Source of the DNA: Anaeromyxobacteraceae bacterium
Lineage (GTDB): Bacteria > Myxococcota > Myxococcia > Myxococcales > Anaeromyxobacteraceae
Length of the DNA: 64,000 bases
Assembly (NCBI GenBank): GCA_047602405.1
Contig: JASGHJ010000001.1
Coordinates: 768,001 to 832,000 of the forward strand
Reading direction: 5' to 3'
Part shown: positions 28,899 through 38,580 of the stretch, in pieces
Position numbering within the stretch: the stretch's first letter is position 1
Layout of the letters: each line of letters opens with the position of its first letter
Position numbers and translations under genes: made by a program
Notes under the pieces: generated by a model
The model's database searches: none
Told to the model about the DNA's origin: nothing
The model's input: only the letters and a program-made list of their open reading frames with translations

Positions 28899-29371
28899 GG
28901 CCGGCCCTCCTTCGGCGAGAGCTCGTCGAGGTGCGCGACCACGTCGGCGTCCTCCTCGGTCTCGACCGTGTCCAGGCTCGCCACCACCTCGTAGTCGGAG
29001 AGGAGCTCGAGGTGCTCGGCGATGGCGCGCTCCTCGGCGCGCTGGGCGCGGATGCCCAGGAACGCGGCGAGGCCCGCGGCGGCGACGGCGCCGGCCGGGA
29101 TCGCGAGCCGCCAGCGCATCGAGAGCCGCGCGACGAGGCCGCGGGGCCTCCGCTCCTCCTCGGCGATCGCGGCCGCGAGCCGCGTGCCGAAGTACGGCGA
29201 CGGCTCCGGCGCGGCGGGGAGGCGCGACAGGAGCGAGAGCGCGGCGGTGAGCCGGGCCTCCTCGGCGCGGCACGCGGCGCAGCCGGCGAGGTGGGCCCGC
29301 ACCTCGCGGGCGCGCTCCTCCGGCAGGGCGCCGTCGGCGAGCGCGGTGAGGTCTTCGACGACGTGCTTCAC
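28895..29371 (-). CDS. Zinc-finger (zf-HC2) transmembrane anti-sigma factor
   Basis: LTALADGAL...HLAGCAAC, one TM helix, acidic periplasmic tail. Confidence 0.9.
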   Translation of the reverse strand: MKHVVEDLTALADGALPEERAREVRAHLAGCAACRAEEARLTAALSLLSRLPAAPEPSPYFGTRLAAAIAEEERRPRGLVARLSMRWRLAIPAGAVAAAGLAAFLGIRAQRAEERAIAEHLELLSDYEVVASLDTVETEEDADVVAHLDELSPKEGRP

Positions 29372-29970
29372 GACGGCACCTCCTCTGCGGCCACTTCACC
29401 GGCAGCGAACGGTGCGAGCGCGGTGGTCGCGGCGACCGTCGCCCGGTGCACGAGCGACTTCACCGCGGCGACCGTGGTCTCGAGCACGTCCGCGATCTCG
29501 TGGTACGACAGCCCCTCGAAGCGGGCGAGCACGAACGCGGTGCGCTGCTTCTCCGGCAGCCGGTCGAGCAGGGCCCGCACCGCGGCCTCGAGCTTCGCGG
29601 CCTCCGCCGAGGCGTCGGGCGCGGCGTTGCCGGACGGCAGCGTGTCCGGATCGGAAGGGCCGTCCTGGCCGGCGGCGCGGTCCGCGGCCTGCGCCCGCCA
29701 CTCGCCCCGGCGCAGCTCGTTCAGGCAGTGGTTCGCGGCGATGCGGTAGAGGAAGGTCTTGAAGCGCGCGGTCGGCCGGTACGAGTCCCGGGCCCGGTGC
29801 AGCTTCACGAAGACGTCCTGCGCCAGCTCCTCGGCGCGGGCGGCGTCCCGGACGTGGTGGAAACAGAAGGCGACCATCGCGCGCGCGTGCCTCTCGTACA
29901 GGGTCCGGAAGGCCGCGGCGTCGCCTCGCTGGAAGGCGAGGAACAGCGCCGCGTCGGGGTCCGGAGCCAT
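29368..29970 (-). CDS. ECF RNA polymerase sigma factor
   Basis: AEELAQDVF, FLYRIAAN, LPEKQR...GLSYHEIA...VKSLVHRA; SD GGAGG. Confidence 0.95.
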   Translation of the reverse strand: MAPDPDAALFLAFQRGDAAAFRTLYERHARAMVAFCFHHVRDAARAEELAQDVFVKLHRARDSYRPTARFKTFLYRIAANHCLNELRRGEWRAQAADRAAGQDGPSDPDTLPSGNAAPDASAEAAKLEAAVRALLDRLPEKQRTAFVLARFEGLSYHEIADVLETTVAAVKSLVHRATVAATTALAPFAAGEVAAEEVPS

Positions 29971-30039
29971 CCTGTGACCTCCAACACGAGGAGGGCCGAG
30001 AGGTTGCGGTACCTGCCGCCGGCAGGGGCCGCCAGGGAC

Positions 30040-31101
30040 TTATCCGGCGAGGTGCAGGGCCGCCCGGGTCGCGAGGAAGACGAGGGCCGCGGCGATGGCG
30101 GACGCCGGAATCGTGAAGATCCACGCCCAGATGATGCGCCCAGCCACCCCCCACTGCACCGCCCGGGAGCCCCGGGTCGCCCCGACCCCGACGATGGCGC
30201 CGGTGATGGTGTGGGTGGTCGAGACCGGGATGCCCCAGTGCGCGAGGGCGAGGATGGTCACGCCGCCGCCGGTCTCGGCGCAGAAGCCGCCGATGGGCTG
30301 CAGCTTCGTCAGGTTGTGGCCCATCGTCTTCACAATGCGCCAGCCGCCGAAGAGCGTGCCGAGGCCGATCGCCGCGTGGCACGAGAGCACCACCCAGAAC
30401 GGCACCGGGAACTTCGCCGCCACGTCGGCGGTGGAGACCTGGTTCGACCAGATCGTGCCGTAGAGGATGAGGCTGATGATGCCCATGACCTTCTGGGCGT
30501 CGTTCGTGCCGTGGCTGTAGCTGAAGATCGCGGCCGAGAGGAGCTGCAGCCGGCGGAACCAGATGTCGACGGCGGCGGTGCGCGCGTGGCGCACCACCCA
30601 CGCCGTCGCGACCATCATCGACGAGCCGAGCACGAAGCCGATCACCGGCGACAGCACGATGAACGAGACGATCTTGAGGATGCCGGACGGGATGAGCGCG
30701 CCCACCCCGAGCGCCGGGATGGTGGCGCCGACGATGCCGCCCGCGAGGGCGTGCGAGGACGAGGACGGCAGGCCCCACCACCAGGTGAGGAGGTTCCAGA
30801 TGATGGCGCCGAGGAGCGCGGAGAAGATGACCGTCAGGACGAGCGGGACGCCGAGCGCCCGCAGCATCTCGAAGTGGACGATGCCCTTGCCCATGGTCGC
30901 GGCGACCTTGAGCTCGGCGCCCCACAGCACCGGCGCCGCGGAGATGAAGTTCCAGAACGCCGCCCAGACCACCGCCGCGAGCGGCGTGAGCACCCGGGTC
31001 GAGACCACCGTGGCGATCGAGTTCGCGGCGTCGTGGAAGCCGTTGATGAAGTCGAACGCGAGCGCGACGATGATGAGGAGGACGACGGCGGCGACGAGCA
31101 T
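30040..31101 (-). CDS. pit: Inorganic phosphate transporter (PiT family)
   Basis: NGFHDAANSIAT, GLPSSSSHA, HGTNDAQK, PVSTTH. Confidence 0.95.
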   Translation of the reverse strand: MLVAAVVLLIIVALAFDFINGFHDAANSIATVVSTRVLTPLAAVVWAAFWNFISAAPVLWGAELKVAATMGKGIVHFEMLRALGVPLVLTVIFSALLGAIIWNLLTWWWGLPSSSSHALAGGIVGATIPALGVGALIPSGILKIVSFIVLSPVIGFVLGSSMMVATAWVVRHARTAAVDIWFRRLQLLSAAIFSYSHGTNDAQKVMGIISLILYGTIWSNQVSTADVAAKFPVPFWVVLSCHAAIGLGTLFGGWRIVKTMGHNLTKLQPIGGFCAETGGGVTILALAHWGIPVSTTHTITGAIVGVGATRGSRAVQWGVAGRIIWAWIFTIPASAIAAALVFLATRAALHLAG

Positions 31102-31116
31102 GGCGGGAGGTGCGCC

Positions 31117-31752
31117 CTAGCCCTGGCTGAGGACCAGGCCCTCGATGACGTTTGCGACGTCCTCGGCCCGGTCGGTGGCGCCCTCGATCAGGTCGATGAT
31201 CTCCTTCCACATCATGACGGTGAGGGGATCGTTGGCCTTGCGGAAGAGCTTCGCCATCGTGCGGCGGGTGAGCGAGTCGGCCTGGTTCTCGAGGACGTTG
31301 ATCTCGCGGCAGGCGTCGAGCACCGCGTCGGGGTTCTTCTTGAGGTCGCGCAGGTGGTGCACGGCCTCGTGCATCTTCTCGGCCTGGGCGACGAGCACCG
31401 CGGAGAGCTCGCGGGCCTCGGGCAGGATCGAGTCGATCTCGTAGAGCGCCAGGCGGCCGGCGGCGCCGTCGGCGAGGTCGATCACGTCGTCGATGCGCGA
31501 CAGCAGCCGGTGGATCTCGGCGCGGTCGAAGGGCGTGATGAACTGGGAGTGGAGCCGGGCGAACGCGCGGTGGGTGACGTCGTCCGAGCGGTGCTCGACC
31601 TCCTTGATGGCCTGCACCTTCTTCTGGACGTCGGTGAAGTCCTCCAGGAGGTCGCGGAACAGCTTCGTCCCCTCGACCACGCAGGCGGCCTGGGCCTCGA
31701 AGTCCGAGAAGAAATCGTCGGCCCGCGGCATCAGCTTTTCGAACAGTCCCAT
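31117..31752 (-). CDS. DUF47 phosphate-transport regulator (Pit accessory)
   Basis: EHRSD, FITPFDRAEI, ENQAD, TDRAEDVAN; directly upstream of pit. Confidence 0.92.
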   Translation of the reverse strand: MGLFEKLMPRADDFFSDFEAQAACVVEGTKLFRDLLEDFTDVQKKVQAIKEVEHRSDDVTHRAFARLHSQFITPFDRAEIHRLLSRIDDVIDLADGAAGRLALYEIDSILPEARELSAVLVAQAEKMHEAVHHLRDLKKNPDAVLDACREINVLENQADSLTRRTMAKLFRKANDPLTVMMWKEIIDLIEGATDRAEDVANVIEGLVLSQG

Positions 31753-32017
31753 CGGTCTCCTCCCGGCGCGGGCGCACCATACCCCGTGGGACTCCATTCG
31801 CAAACGGGTTGTGTCGGGCGGGTGCCGTGGGTCCGGGCGGGGCTCCGGAAACGCCCATGGGGCGCACGGTTCCGTGCGGAACGACCCGTGCCGAGGGTAG
31901 GCGCGCGGGGGGTGCATGTGAACCTTGTCGCTGGCCCGAGGGAGCCCCGGCGTTCAGGGCCCCGCGGCGCTCCCTCCGTCCCCCCGGACGGACCGTTCAC
32001 CCTGTCGTGAGGAGCGG

Positions 32018-33892
32018 ATGCGGTTCGGCGCCAAGATCGGGCTCGTCCTCGTGGCCGTCGGCGTCGCCCCCGTGGGGCTGGCGGGCCTGGTCGCCGCCCG
32101 CGCGGCGCGGGACGAGCTCCGTGAGACCGTGGGTGCCATGCAGGCCCGCGGGGCCGGGGATCTCGCCCGGCACGTGGAGCGGTTCGTCGAAGGCTCGCTC
32201 GGGGCGCTGCGGCTCTCGGCGGCCCCGCTCCACCCCCTCGAAGCCTTCGCCCCCGCCGAGCTCGGGCAGCTCCTCGCGCTCCCGTACCGGCAGCTCCCCT
32301 ACCTCTCCATCGTCGCGATCGTCGACGACGCCCGCCGGCCGGTGGCCGGCCCGGTGTTCGCGCGCCAGCCCAGCCGCGAGCCGGCGCTCGCGACCCGTCC
32401 CGTCGTGGGCGCCGACGACCTCGAGCGCTTCGCGCGGCACCTTCCGGTCGCGCCCGCGCGCGAGGCCGAGCTCGCGACGAGCGCGCCGTACCGCCCCGCC
32501 GGCGCGGGCCCGGTGCGCCTCGCGGCGACGCTCCGGCTCGGCCCGCGGCGGGCGCTCGCCGCGGAGCTCGTGCTCTCGGAGGTGGAGGCGCGGCTCCGCG
32601 AGCGCACCGGCGAGCGCGGGGTCGCCTTCGCGGTGGACCCCTCCGGCGCGGTCATCGCGCACGGCGAGCCGGCCGCGTGGCTCACCCCCGACGAGCGCGC
32701 GCTCGTGGCGGACGGCCTCGCCCGCGGCCCGCTCACCCGGCTCGTCGAGCGGCGCGACGGGCGGCGCTGGCTCGCGGCCTTCGCGCCGGTGAACGCGCTC
32801 GGCTGGGGCGTCGTGGTCGCGCAGCCCGAGGCGGTCGCGTTCGCCGCCGCCGACGCCGTGCGCCTGCGCACCGCGGCGGGGGCGGGGGGCGCGCTCGTGC
32901 TCGCCCTCCTGTTCGGCTGGGTGGTGGCGCGGCGGGTGACGCGCCGGGTGGAGCGGCTCTCGGAGGCCGCCGGGAAGATCGCCGCCGGCGACTACGCGCC
33001 GTGGGCGCCGCCGGTCGACGGCTCCGGCAGCGACGAGATCTCCGCGCTCGGCCGCGCCTTCGCGCGGATGGCGGTGGAGATCGGCCGGCGCGACGACGAG
33101 ATCCGGACCTTCAACCGCGACCTCCAGCGGCGCGTCGACGAGCGCACCGCCGAGCTCGCCGCCGCGCAGGACCAGATCCAGCGCACCCGGAGGCTCGCGG
33201 CGCTCGGGTCGCTGGGCGCCGGGCTCGCGCACGAGCTCAACAACCCGCTCTCCGCGGTGACGGGCTACCTCGGCCTCCTCGCCCGCGACCTCGACGGCAC
33301 CCCGCACGCCCCCGTCGTTCAGCGCGCCCGCGAGCAGGCGGCGCGCGTCGCGCGCGTGGTCGACGACCTGCGCATGTTCGCCGACCCGGACCGCGGCGCC
33401 GGGCGGCGGTTCTCGCTCGTGCGGCCGGTGGAGGCGGCGCTCGCGCTGTACCAGGAGCGGCTCGCCGGCGCCGGGATCGAGCTCACGAAGCGCTTCGACG
33501 AGGTGCTCCCGGAGGCCCGCGGCGACGCCTCCCAGATCCAGCAGGTGGTGGCGCACCTCCTCGACAACGCGCTCCACGCGATGCCAGGCGGCGGCCGGCT
33601 CGAGGTCTCGGTCGGCGCGGTGAACGTGGTCACCGACGGCCCCGCCGAGGCCCTCCGGCTCACGGTGGCCGACTCCGGGAGGGGCATCCCCGCCGGGCTG
33701 CGGGAGCGGATCTTCGACCCCTTCTTCACGACGAAGGGCGACGACGCCGCGGGCCGGGTCGGGCTCGGGCTCTCGGTCTCGCACCGGATCGTGGAGGCCC
33801 ACCACGGCCGGATCTTCGTCGAGGGGCGGGAGGGGCCCGGCGCGGCCGTGACCGTGCTCCTCCCCGCCGCGGCCGAGCCGCACCTGCAGTGA
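32018..33892 (+). CDS. Membrane sensor histidine kinase (Cache-like + HAMP + HisKA + HATPase)
   Basis: Two TM helices, DEISALGRAF, AHELNNPL, DSGRG, FDPFFTTK, GLGL. Confidence 0.92.
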   Translation: MRFGAKIGLVLVAVGVAPVGLAGLVAARAARDELRETVGAMQARGAGDLARHVERFVEGSLGALRLSAAPLHPLEAFAPAELGQLLALPYRQLPYLSIVAIVDDARRPVAGPVFARQPSREPALATRPVVGADDLERFARHLPVAPAREAELATSAPYRPAGAGPVRLAATLRLGPRRALAAELVLSEVEARLRERTGERGVAFAVDPSGAVIAHGEPAAWLTPDERALVADGLARGPLTRLVERRDGRRWLAAFAPVNALGWGVVVAQPEAVAFAAADAVRLRTAAGAGGALVLALLFGWVVARRVTRRVERLSEAAGKIAAGDYAPWAPPVDGSGSDEISALGRAFARMAVEIGRRDDEIRTFNRDLQRRVDERTAELAAAQDQIQRTRRLAALGSLGAGLAHELNNPLSAVTGYLGLLARDLDGTPHAPVVQRAREQAARVARVVDDLRMFADPDRGAGRRFSLVRPVEAALALYQERLAGAGIELTKRFDEVLPEARGDASQIQQVVAHLLDNALHAMPGGGRLEVSVGAVNVVTDGPAEALRLTVADSGRGIPAGLRERIFDPFFTTKGDDAAGRVGLGLSVSHRIVEAHHGRIFVEGREGPGAAVTVLLPAAAEPHLQ

Positions 33893-33903
33893 ACGGAGCC
33901 ACC

Positions 33904-34631
33904 ATGGACCCGCGCCCCGCCTCGTCGACGCCGACCTCCTCGCCCCCGGGCTCCTCCACGAGCTCCGCCAGCCGCTCGCCGGCGCGGAGGCCATCGCGAC
34001 CCTCCTCGAGCGCGACCACCGCGCGCTGAGCGGGCTCGCCGACTGGCGGATCCTCCGGGGCCAGCTCGCCCGGCTGCGCGAGCTCGTGGACGGGTACCGC
34101 GACCTCTTCGGCGCCGCCGCCGCGCGCCCGGTGGAGTACGAGGTCGCCCCCGTGGTCCGCCGCGCCGCGGCCCTGCTCGCGCACCGGCTCCGGCCGCTCG
34201 GAGCCCGCTTCGCGCTCGACGAGGGGCCCACGCCCGCCCGCGCCCGCGGCACGCCCGCGGCCCTCGTGCACGCGGTCACGAACCTCCTCGCGAACGCGCT
34301 CGACGCGCTCGACGTGGGCGGCGGCGGTGCGCGGCGGCTCGCGCTCCGGATCGTGGTCGCGCCGCGCGGCCGGCCGTGGGTGGAGGTGCGGGTCTCCGAC
34401 GAGGGCCCCGGGGTGCCCGAGGCGATCCGCCCGCGCCTGTTCGAGGCCCGCTTCACGACGAAGGCGCCCGGGCACGGCAGCGGGCTCGGCCTGCACCTCT
34501 CGCGCGCGCTCGTCGAGCGCGACGGGGGCGAGCTGTTCCTCGCGGAGGACGACGACGCGGGCCGCCTGCCCTGGGCGTCGACCGAGTTCTGCGTCGCGCT
34601 GCCGCCGGTCGACGGGGGGCCGCGGCCGTGA
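33904..34631 (+). CDS. Sensor-less histidine kinase (frameshift near 33910)
   Basis: SD GGAG with ATG 33904. The H-box LLHELRQPL lies in the frame of track ORF 34086..34631 (NLLANA, DEGPG, FTTK, GSGLGL), so one base must be missing, probably in the C-run after the ATG. Confidence 0.75.
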
Positions 34632-34855
34632 GGTGGCTCGCGCTCCTGTCGCTCCTCGGCCTCACCCCGGCCCGGGAGCCCGCCCTCGAGCCGGCGCCCG
34701 CACCGGACGCGGTCGTCGTGGAGTGGCGGTCCGCGGAGGGCGGGTCCGCGGAGGTGCAGCCCGGCGTGCTCGTGCGCGCCGCCGCGCTGCGCGAGCAGCC
34801 TCCCGTCGGCGCGCTCGAGCGCGTGGAGATCTCCTGGGATGTCAGCGCGCCCTGA
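34628..34855 (+). CDS. Small exported hypothetical protein
   Basis: GTGA overlap with the upstream stop; hydrophobic N-terminus VRWLALLSLLGL. Confidence 0.5.
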   Translation: MRWLALLSLLGLTPAREPALEPAPAPDAVVVEWRSAEGGSAEVQPGVLVRAAALREQPPVGALERVEISWDVSAP

Positions 34856-36206
34856 GGTCCACCTCCTCGCCGCGCTGCTCGCCGCCGCCCCCGGGAGCGC
34901 GCGCGGCGGCGGGCTCGTGGTCACCGTGGAGCCGGCGCGCCTGCTGCTCGGCCAGGGCGACACCGCGCTCGTGCGCGTCACCGCGGAGCCCGGCGCGCCG
35001 CCGCCGGCGGAGGTCGCGCTCGCCGCGAGCGTGGGCGCGGTGGAGGACGTGCAGCGCACCGCCGCCGGCTTCACCGCGCGTTACCGCCCGCCGGCGGGGC
35101 CGTCGTCACCCGCGGTCGCGATCGTGGCGGCCGTCTCGTGGGCGGACGGCCGCGACGGCGCCGTGGCCCTGCCGCTCGACGGGCAGGGCGTCGCGCTCGT
35201 GCGCGGCGAGCCGGGGGAGCCGGTGGAGCTCCGGATCGGGGAGCGGTTGTTCGGACCGGTGGTCGCGGGCGCGGACGGCGTCGCGCGGCTGCGGGTGGTG
35301 GTGCCGCCGGGCGTCGCCGAGGGTTACCGCGGCTTCCGGCCGGTCGAGCTCGCCGTGCCGCCCGCCCCGCGCATGCTCGCCCTCGCGGATCGCACCGCCG
35401 TGGCCGCCGATCGGGCCGAGCGCGTGCGCGTGCTCGCGTGGGTCGTGGCGCCGCACGGGGCGACCCGGCGCGGTGAGGCGCCGGTCGCGACCCCCTCGCG
35501 CGGCGCGGCGGAGGTCGTCGCGCGGGAGCCCGGCGCCTACCAGGTGAGCTGGGCCATCCCGCCCGGCCCGGCGGGCGAGGACCGGCTCGTGCTCGCCGTC
35601 GCGAACGCGCCGCCCTGGGAGCTGCGCGTGCGGAGCGAGGGCGGCCTCGCGCCGGTGGCGGCGGCCCGCGGCCCGGCCCCGGGGCCGGGGGCGCCGGGCT
35701 CGACCGATGTGCCGGGTCCGGTGACCGCCGCGCTCGTCTCGGGCGGCGCCTCGGTCGACCTCGGCGGCGGCTTCGCCGCGCCGCGGATCGGGGTGTCGGT
35801 GGACGGTGCGCCGGTGCCCGGCCTCCCCGCGCTCGCGTGGCGGCTCGACGCGGAGCTGCTCGGGGCACCGCCCGCCGGGGTCGGGGCCGGCGTGCGCGGC
35901 ACGACGCTCGCCGCGCTCGGCGGCGGCGCGCTCGTGGGCGTGTCGGCGACGCGCGGCCTCGGGGACGGGTGGCTCGCCTTCGCGAGCGCGACCGCGGGCG
36001 TGCGGCTCGCGGCGGTGCGGTCGCCCGCCGGCGACGACCGGCTCGCGCCGGGGCCGGCGCTGCGGCTCGCCGCGGGCACGGGCATGCGCTTCGCGTGGGG
36101 CACGCCGTTCGTCGAGGCGGGGCTGTCGGCCACGGGCGGCGCGATGGCCGGCGGCCGGCTGGCGCTGGTGGTGGCGGTCGGGTTCAGGGGGGAAGGGAGG
36201 CCGTGA
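34839..36206 (+). CDS. Exported hypothetical protein (Ig-like strands, barrel-like C-terminus)
   Basis: Signal-like N-terminus; fills the operon gap up to the next ATG. Confidence 0.65.
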   Translation: MSARPEVHLLAALLAAAPGSARGGGLVVTVEPARLLLGQGDTALVRVTAEPGAPPPAEVALAASVGAVEDVQRTAAGFTARYRPPAGPSSPAVAIVAAVSWADGRDGAVALPLDGQGVALVRGEPGEPVELRIGERLFGPVVAGADGVARLRVVVPPGVAEGYRGFRPVELAVPPAPRMLALADRTAVAADRAERVRVLAWVVAPHGATRRGEAPVATPSRGAAEVVAREPGAYQVSWAIPPGPAGEDRLVLAVANAPPWELRVRSEGGLAPVAAARGPAPGPGAPGSTDVPGPVTAALVSGGASVDLGGGFAAPRIGVSVDGAPVPGLPALAWRLDAELLGAPPAGVGAGVRGTTLAALGGGALVGVSATRGLGDGWLAFASATAGVRLAAVRSPAGDDRLAPGPALRLAAGTGMRFAWGTPFVEAGLSATGGAMAGGRLALVVAVGFRGEGRP

Positions 36207-36207
36207 G

Positions 36208-38124
36208 ATGGCGACGATCCTGCTGGTCGACGACGAGCCGGTCCTGCTCGACGTGTTCGAGCGCCTGCTGGCGCGGGCCGGGCGCACCTTCCTGACGGCC
36301 GGCTCCGCCGCGGCCGCCCTCGCCGTCGTGCAGGGCGAGCAGCAGGTGGACGTGGCCCTCGTCGACAAGAACCTCGGCGACGGCTCCGGGCTCGACGTGG
36401 CGGTCGCGCTCAAGCGGGCGCAGCCCTGGGCCGAGGTCATCCTCGTCACCGGCTACGCCTCGCTCGACTCGGCGATCGAGGCCGTCCGCATCGGCGCGTA
36501 CGACTACGTGACGAAGCCGATCACCGACCTCGACGGGCTCGACCTCAAGGTCGAGAACGCGCTCGACAAGGTCCGGCTCCGCCGGGAGGCCGAGGCCCTC
36601 CAGCGCGCGCTCGCCGCGAGCGAGGCGCTCCACCGCGGCGTCTTCGAGACGGCGTCCGACGCGCTCCTGCTCGTGGGCGAGGACGGCGCCGTCGAGGACG
36701 CGAACCCGGCCGCCGAGCGCGCCTACGGGCGGCGGCGCGCCGCGCTCCGCGGGCTCGGGCTCACGGCGCTCGAGGCGCCGGGCGAGGCGCCGGAGCCGGA
36801 GGACGGCCGCGTCGCCCGCGGGCGGCACCGGCGCGCGGACGGGGCCGAGTTCCCGGTCGAGGTGGCGAGCGGGTCGCTCGCGCTCGCGGACCGGACGCTG
36901 CGGGTGCTCTCGGTCCGCGACCTCTCCGAGCGCGAGCGCGCCGACGCGCGCCGGCAGGAGCTCCAGCACGAGCTGCGCCAGGCGCAGAAGATGGAGGCGC
37001 TCGGCCGGCTCGCGGGCGGCGTCGCGCACGACCTCTCGAACGTGCTCGCGGTCATCACCGGCTGGACCGAGCTCCTCGGCCGGCGCCTGCCCATCGACGC
37101 GCCCGGGGCCCGCGAGGCGGTGCGCGGCATCTCGGAGGCCTGCCAGCGCGCGACGGGCGTCACCCGGCAGCTCCTCACCCTCTCCCGCAAGAAGCTCAAC
37201 CGGCCGGTGCTGCTCTCGCTCAACGACGTCGTGGGCGAGGTCTCGAAGCTCCTCGATCGCGCGGTGGGGGAGCGGATCACCGTCACGCGCCGGCTCGAGG
37301 AGCGGCTCTGGCCGGTGCTGGCCGACGCGGACCAGGTCGCGCAGGTGCTGCTCAACCTCGGCGTGAACGCGCGCGACGCGATGCCCGACGGCGGGCCGCT
37401 CGAGCTCTCCACGCGGAACGCCCAGGCCGGCACGGCCCCCGCCGGGCTCGGGCTCGGCCCGGGACGGCACGTGGTCCTCGCCGTGCGCGACGGCGGCGCC
37501 GGCATGACGCCCGAGGTGCTCGCGCGCGCGTTCGACCCGCTCTTCACCACCAAGGACGCCGCCGCGGGGCTCGGGCTCTCCACGGTGCGTGAGATCGCCC
37601 GCATGGCCGGCGGCGCGGTGCGGGCCGAGTCGCGGCCGGGCGAGGGCGCGGTGCTCGAGGTGTGGCTGCCGGCGGCCGAGGGCGCCGCGGTGGCGCTCGC
37701 GCGGCGCGGGCCGTCGCTCCCGCCGCGCGCCCGGGGCGAGCGCGTGCTCCTCGCCGAGGACGACGACGCGCTCCGGTTCCTGGTGGGGCAGGCGCTCGCC
37801 GAGCACGGCTACGAGGTCGTGTCGGCCGCGAACGGCGTCGAGGCGCTCGAGGCCGCCCGCCGGCGGGGCGGCGCGTTCGACCTGCTCCTCACCGACCTCA
37901 CGATGCCGCGGATGGCCGGGCCGGAGCTCGCCGACGCGCTCCAGCGCGCGCACCCGGGGCTGCGCGTGCTCTTCATGACCGGGAACGGCGAGGACGACGG
38001 GCTCCGCGCCCGCGTGGCGCGCGGCCGTGCGGAGCTCATCGAGAAGCCGTTCACGAGCGAGGCGCTGCTCGCCCACCTGCACCGGCTGGGCGGCGCGCGG
38101 GTGCGGGGGGCGGGGCGGATGTGA
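36208..38124 (+). CDS. Hybrid kinase REC-PAS-HisKA-HATPase-REC
   Basis: ILLVDDE...DKNL...GAYDYVTKP; ANPAA/RRADG PAS; AHDLSNVL; FTTK; LLAEDD...DLTMP...KPF. Confidence 0.93.
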   Translation: MATILLVDDEPVLLDVFERLLARAGRTFLTAGSAAAALAVVQGEQQVDVALVDKNLGDGSGLDVAVALKRAQPWAEVILVTGYASLDSAIEAVRIGAYDYVTKPITDLDGLDLKVENALDKVRLRREAEALQRALAASEALHRGVFETASDALLLVGEDGAVEDANPAAERAYGRRRAALRGLGLTALEAPGEAPEPEDGRVARGRHRRADGAEFPVEVASGSLALADRTLRVLSVRDLSERERADARRQELQHELRQAQKMEALGRLAGGVAHDLSNVLAVITGWTELLGRRLPIDAPGAREAVRGISEACQRATGVTRQLLTLSRKKLNRPVLLSLNDVVGEVSKLLDRAVGERITVTRRLEERLWPVLADADQVAQVLLNLGVNARDAMPDGGPLELSTRNAQAGTAPAGLGLGPGRHVVLAVRDGGAGMTPEVLARAFDPLFTTKDAAAGLGLSTVREIARMAGGAVRAESRPGEGAVLEVWLPAAEGAAVALARRGPSLPPRARGERVLLAEDDDALRFLVGQALAEHGYEVVSAANGVEALEAARRRGGAFDLLLTDLTMPRMAGPELADALQRAHPGLRVLFMTGNGEDDGLRARVARGRAELIEKPFTSEALLAHLHRLGGARVRGAGRM

Positions 38125-38134
38125 CGGCCCTTCG

Positions 38135-38175
38135 CCCTTCGACCCCTCGACAGGCTCGGGGCTCAGGGGGAACGG
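38135..38175. repeat. Nested REP-like element between convergent genes
   Basis: CCCTTCGAC-[CCCTCGACAGGCTCGGGG]-CTCAGGGGGAACGG. Confidence 0.7.
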
Positions 38176-38180
38176 TGGAT

Positions 38181-38522
38181 CTAGGGGGCCGGGCGACGGG
38201 CGGTCGACCGCGCCGGAGTCCGCCGCTTCGCGACGCCCTTCTTCACGGCGCCCTTCAGCTTGTCCGCCGCCTCGAGGAGCGCGGCGTGGATGTCCGCGGC
38301 CACGGCCTCGACGTGCAGGGTCTTCATGCCGGGCATGCGGAAGCTGAGGCGGCACTCCTGGTCCACGCCGCCGCGCCGCGGGCGCGTGTCGCCGAGGTGC
38401 ACCTCGAGCTCGGCCGCGGCGTGGTCGTAGACGCGCAGCAGCGGCTTCGTCACGTGCTTCTGGAGGAACGCGGGCAGGTCGTCCGGCAGCCTGAGGTGGT
38501 GGGCGTGGATGGAGATCTTCAT
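38181..38522 (-). CDS. HPF/RaiA-family ribosome-associated protein
   Basis: MKISIHAHHLRL...LEVHLGD...GGVDQECR...DIHAALLEAADKL. Confidence 0.8.
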   Translation of the reverse strand: MKISIHAHHLRLPDDLPAFLQKHVTKPLLRVYDHAAAELEVHLGDTRPRRGGVDQECRLSFRMPGMKTLHVEAVAADIHAALLEAADKLKGAVKKGVAKRRTPARSTARRPAP

Positions 38523-38580
38523 GGGGACAACGATACCCCCGTCGCGCCCCGGGGACCCGTTCACGGCTAGACTCCCGGGC

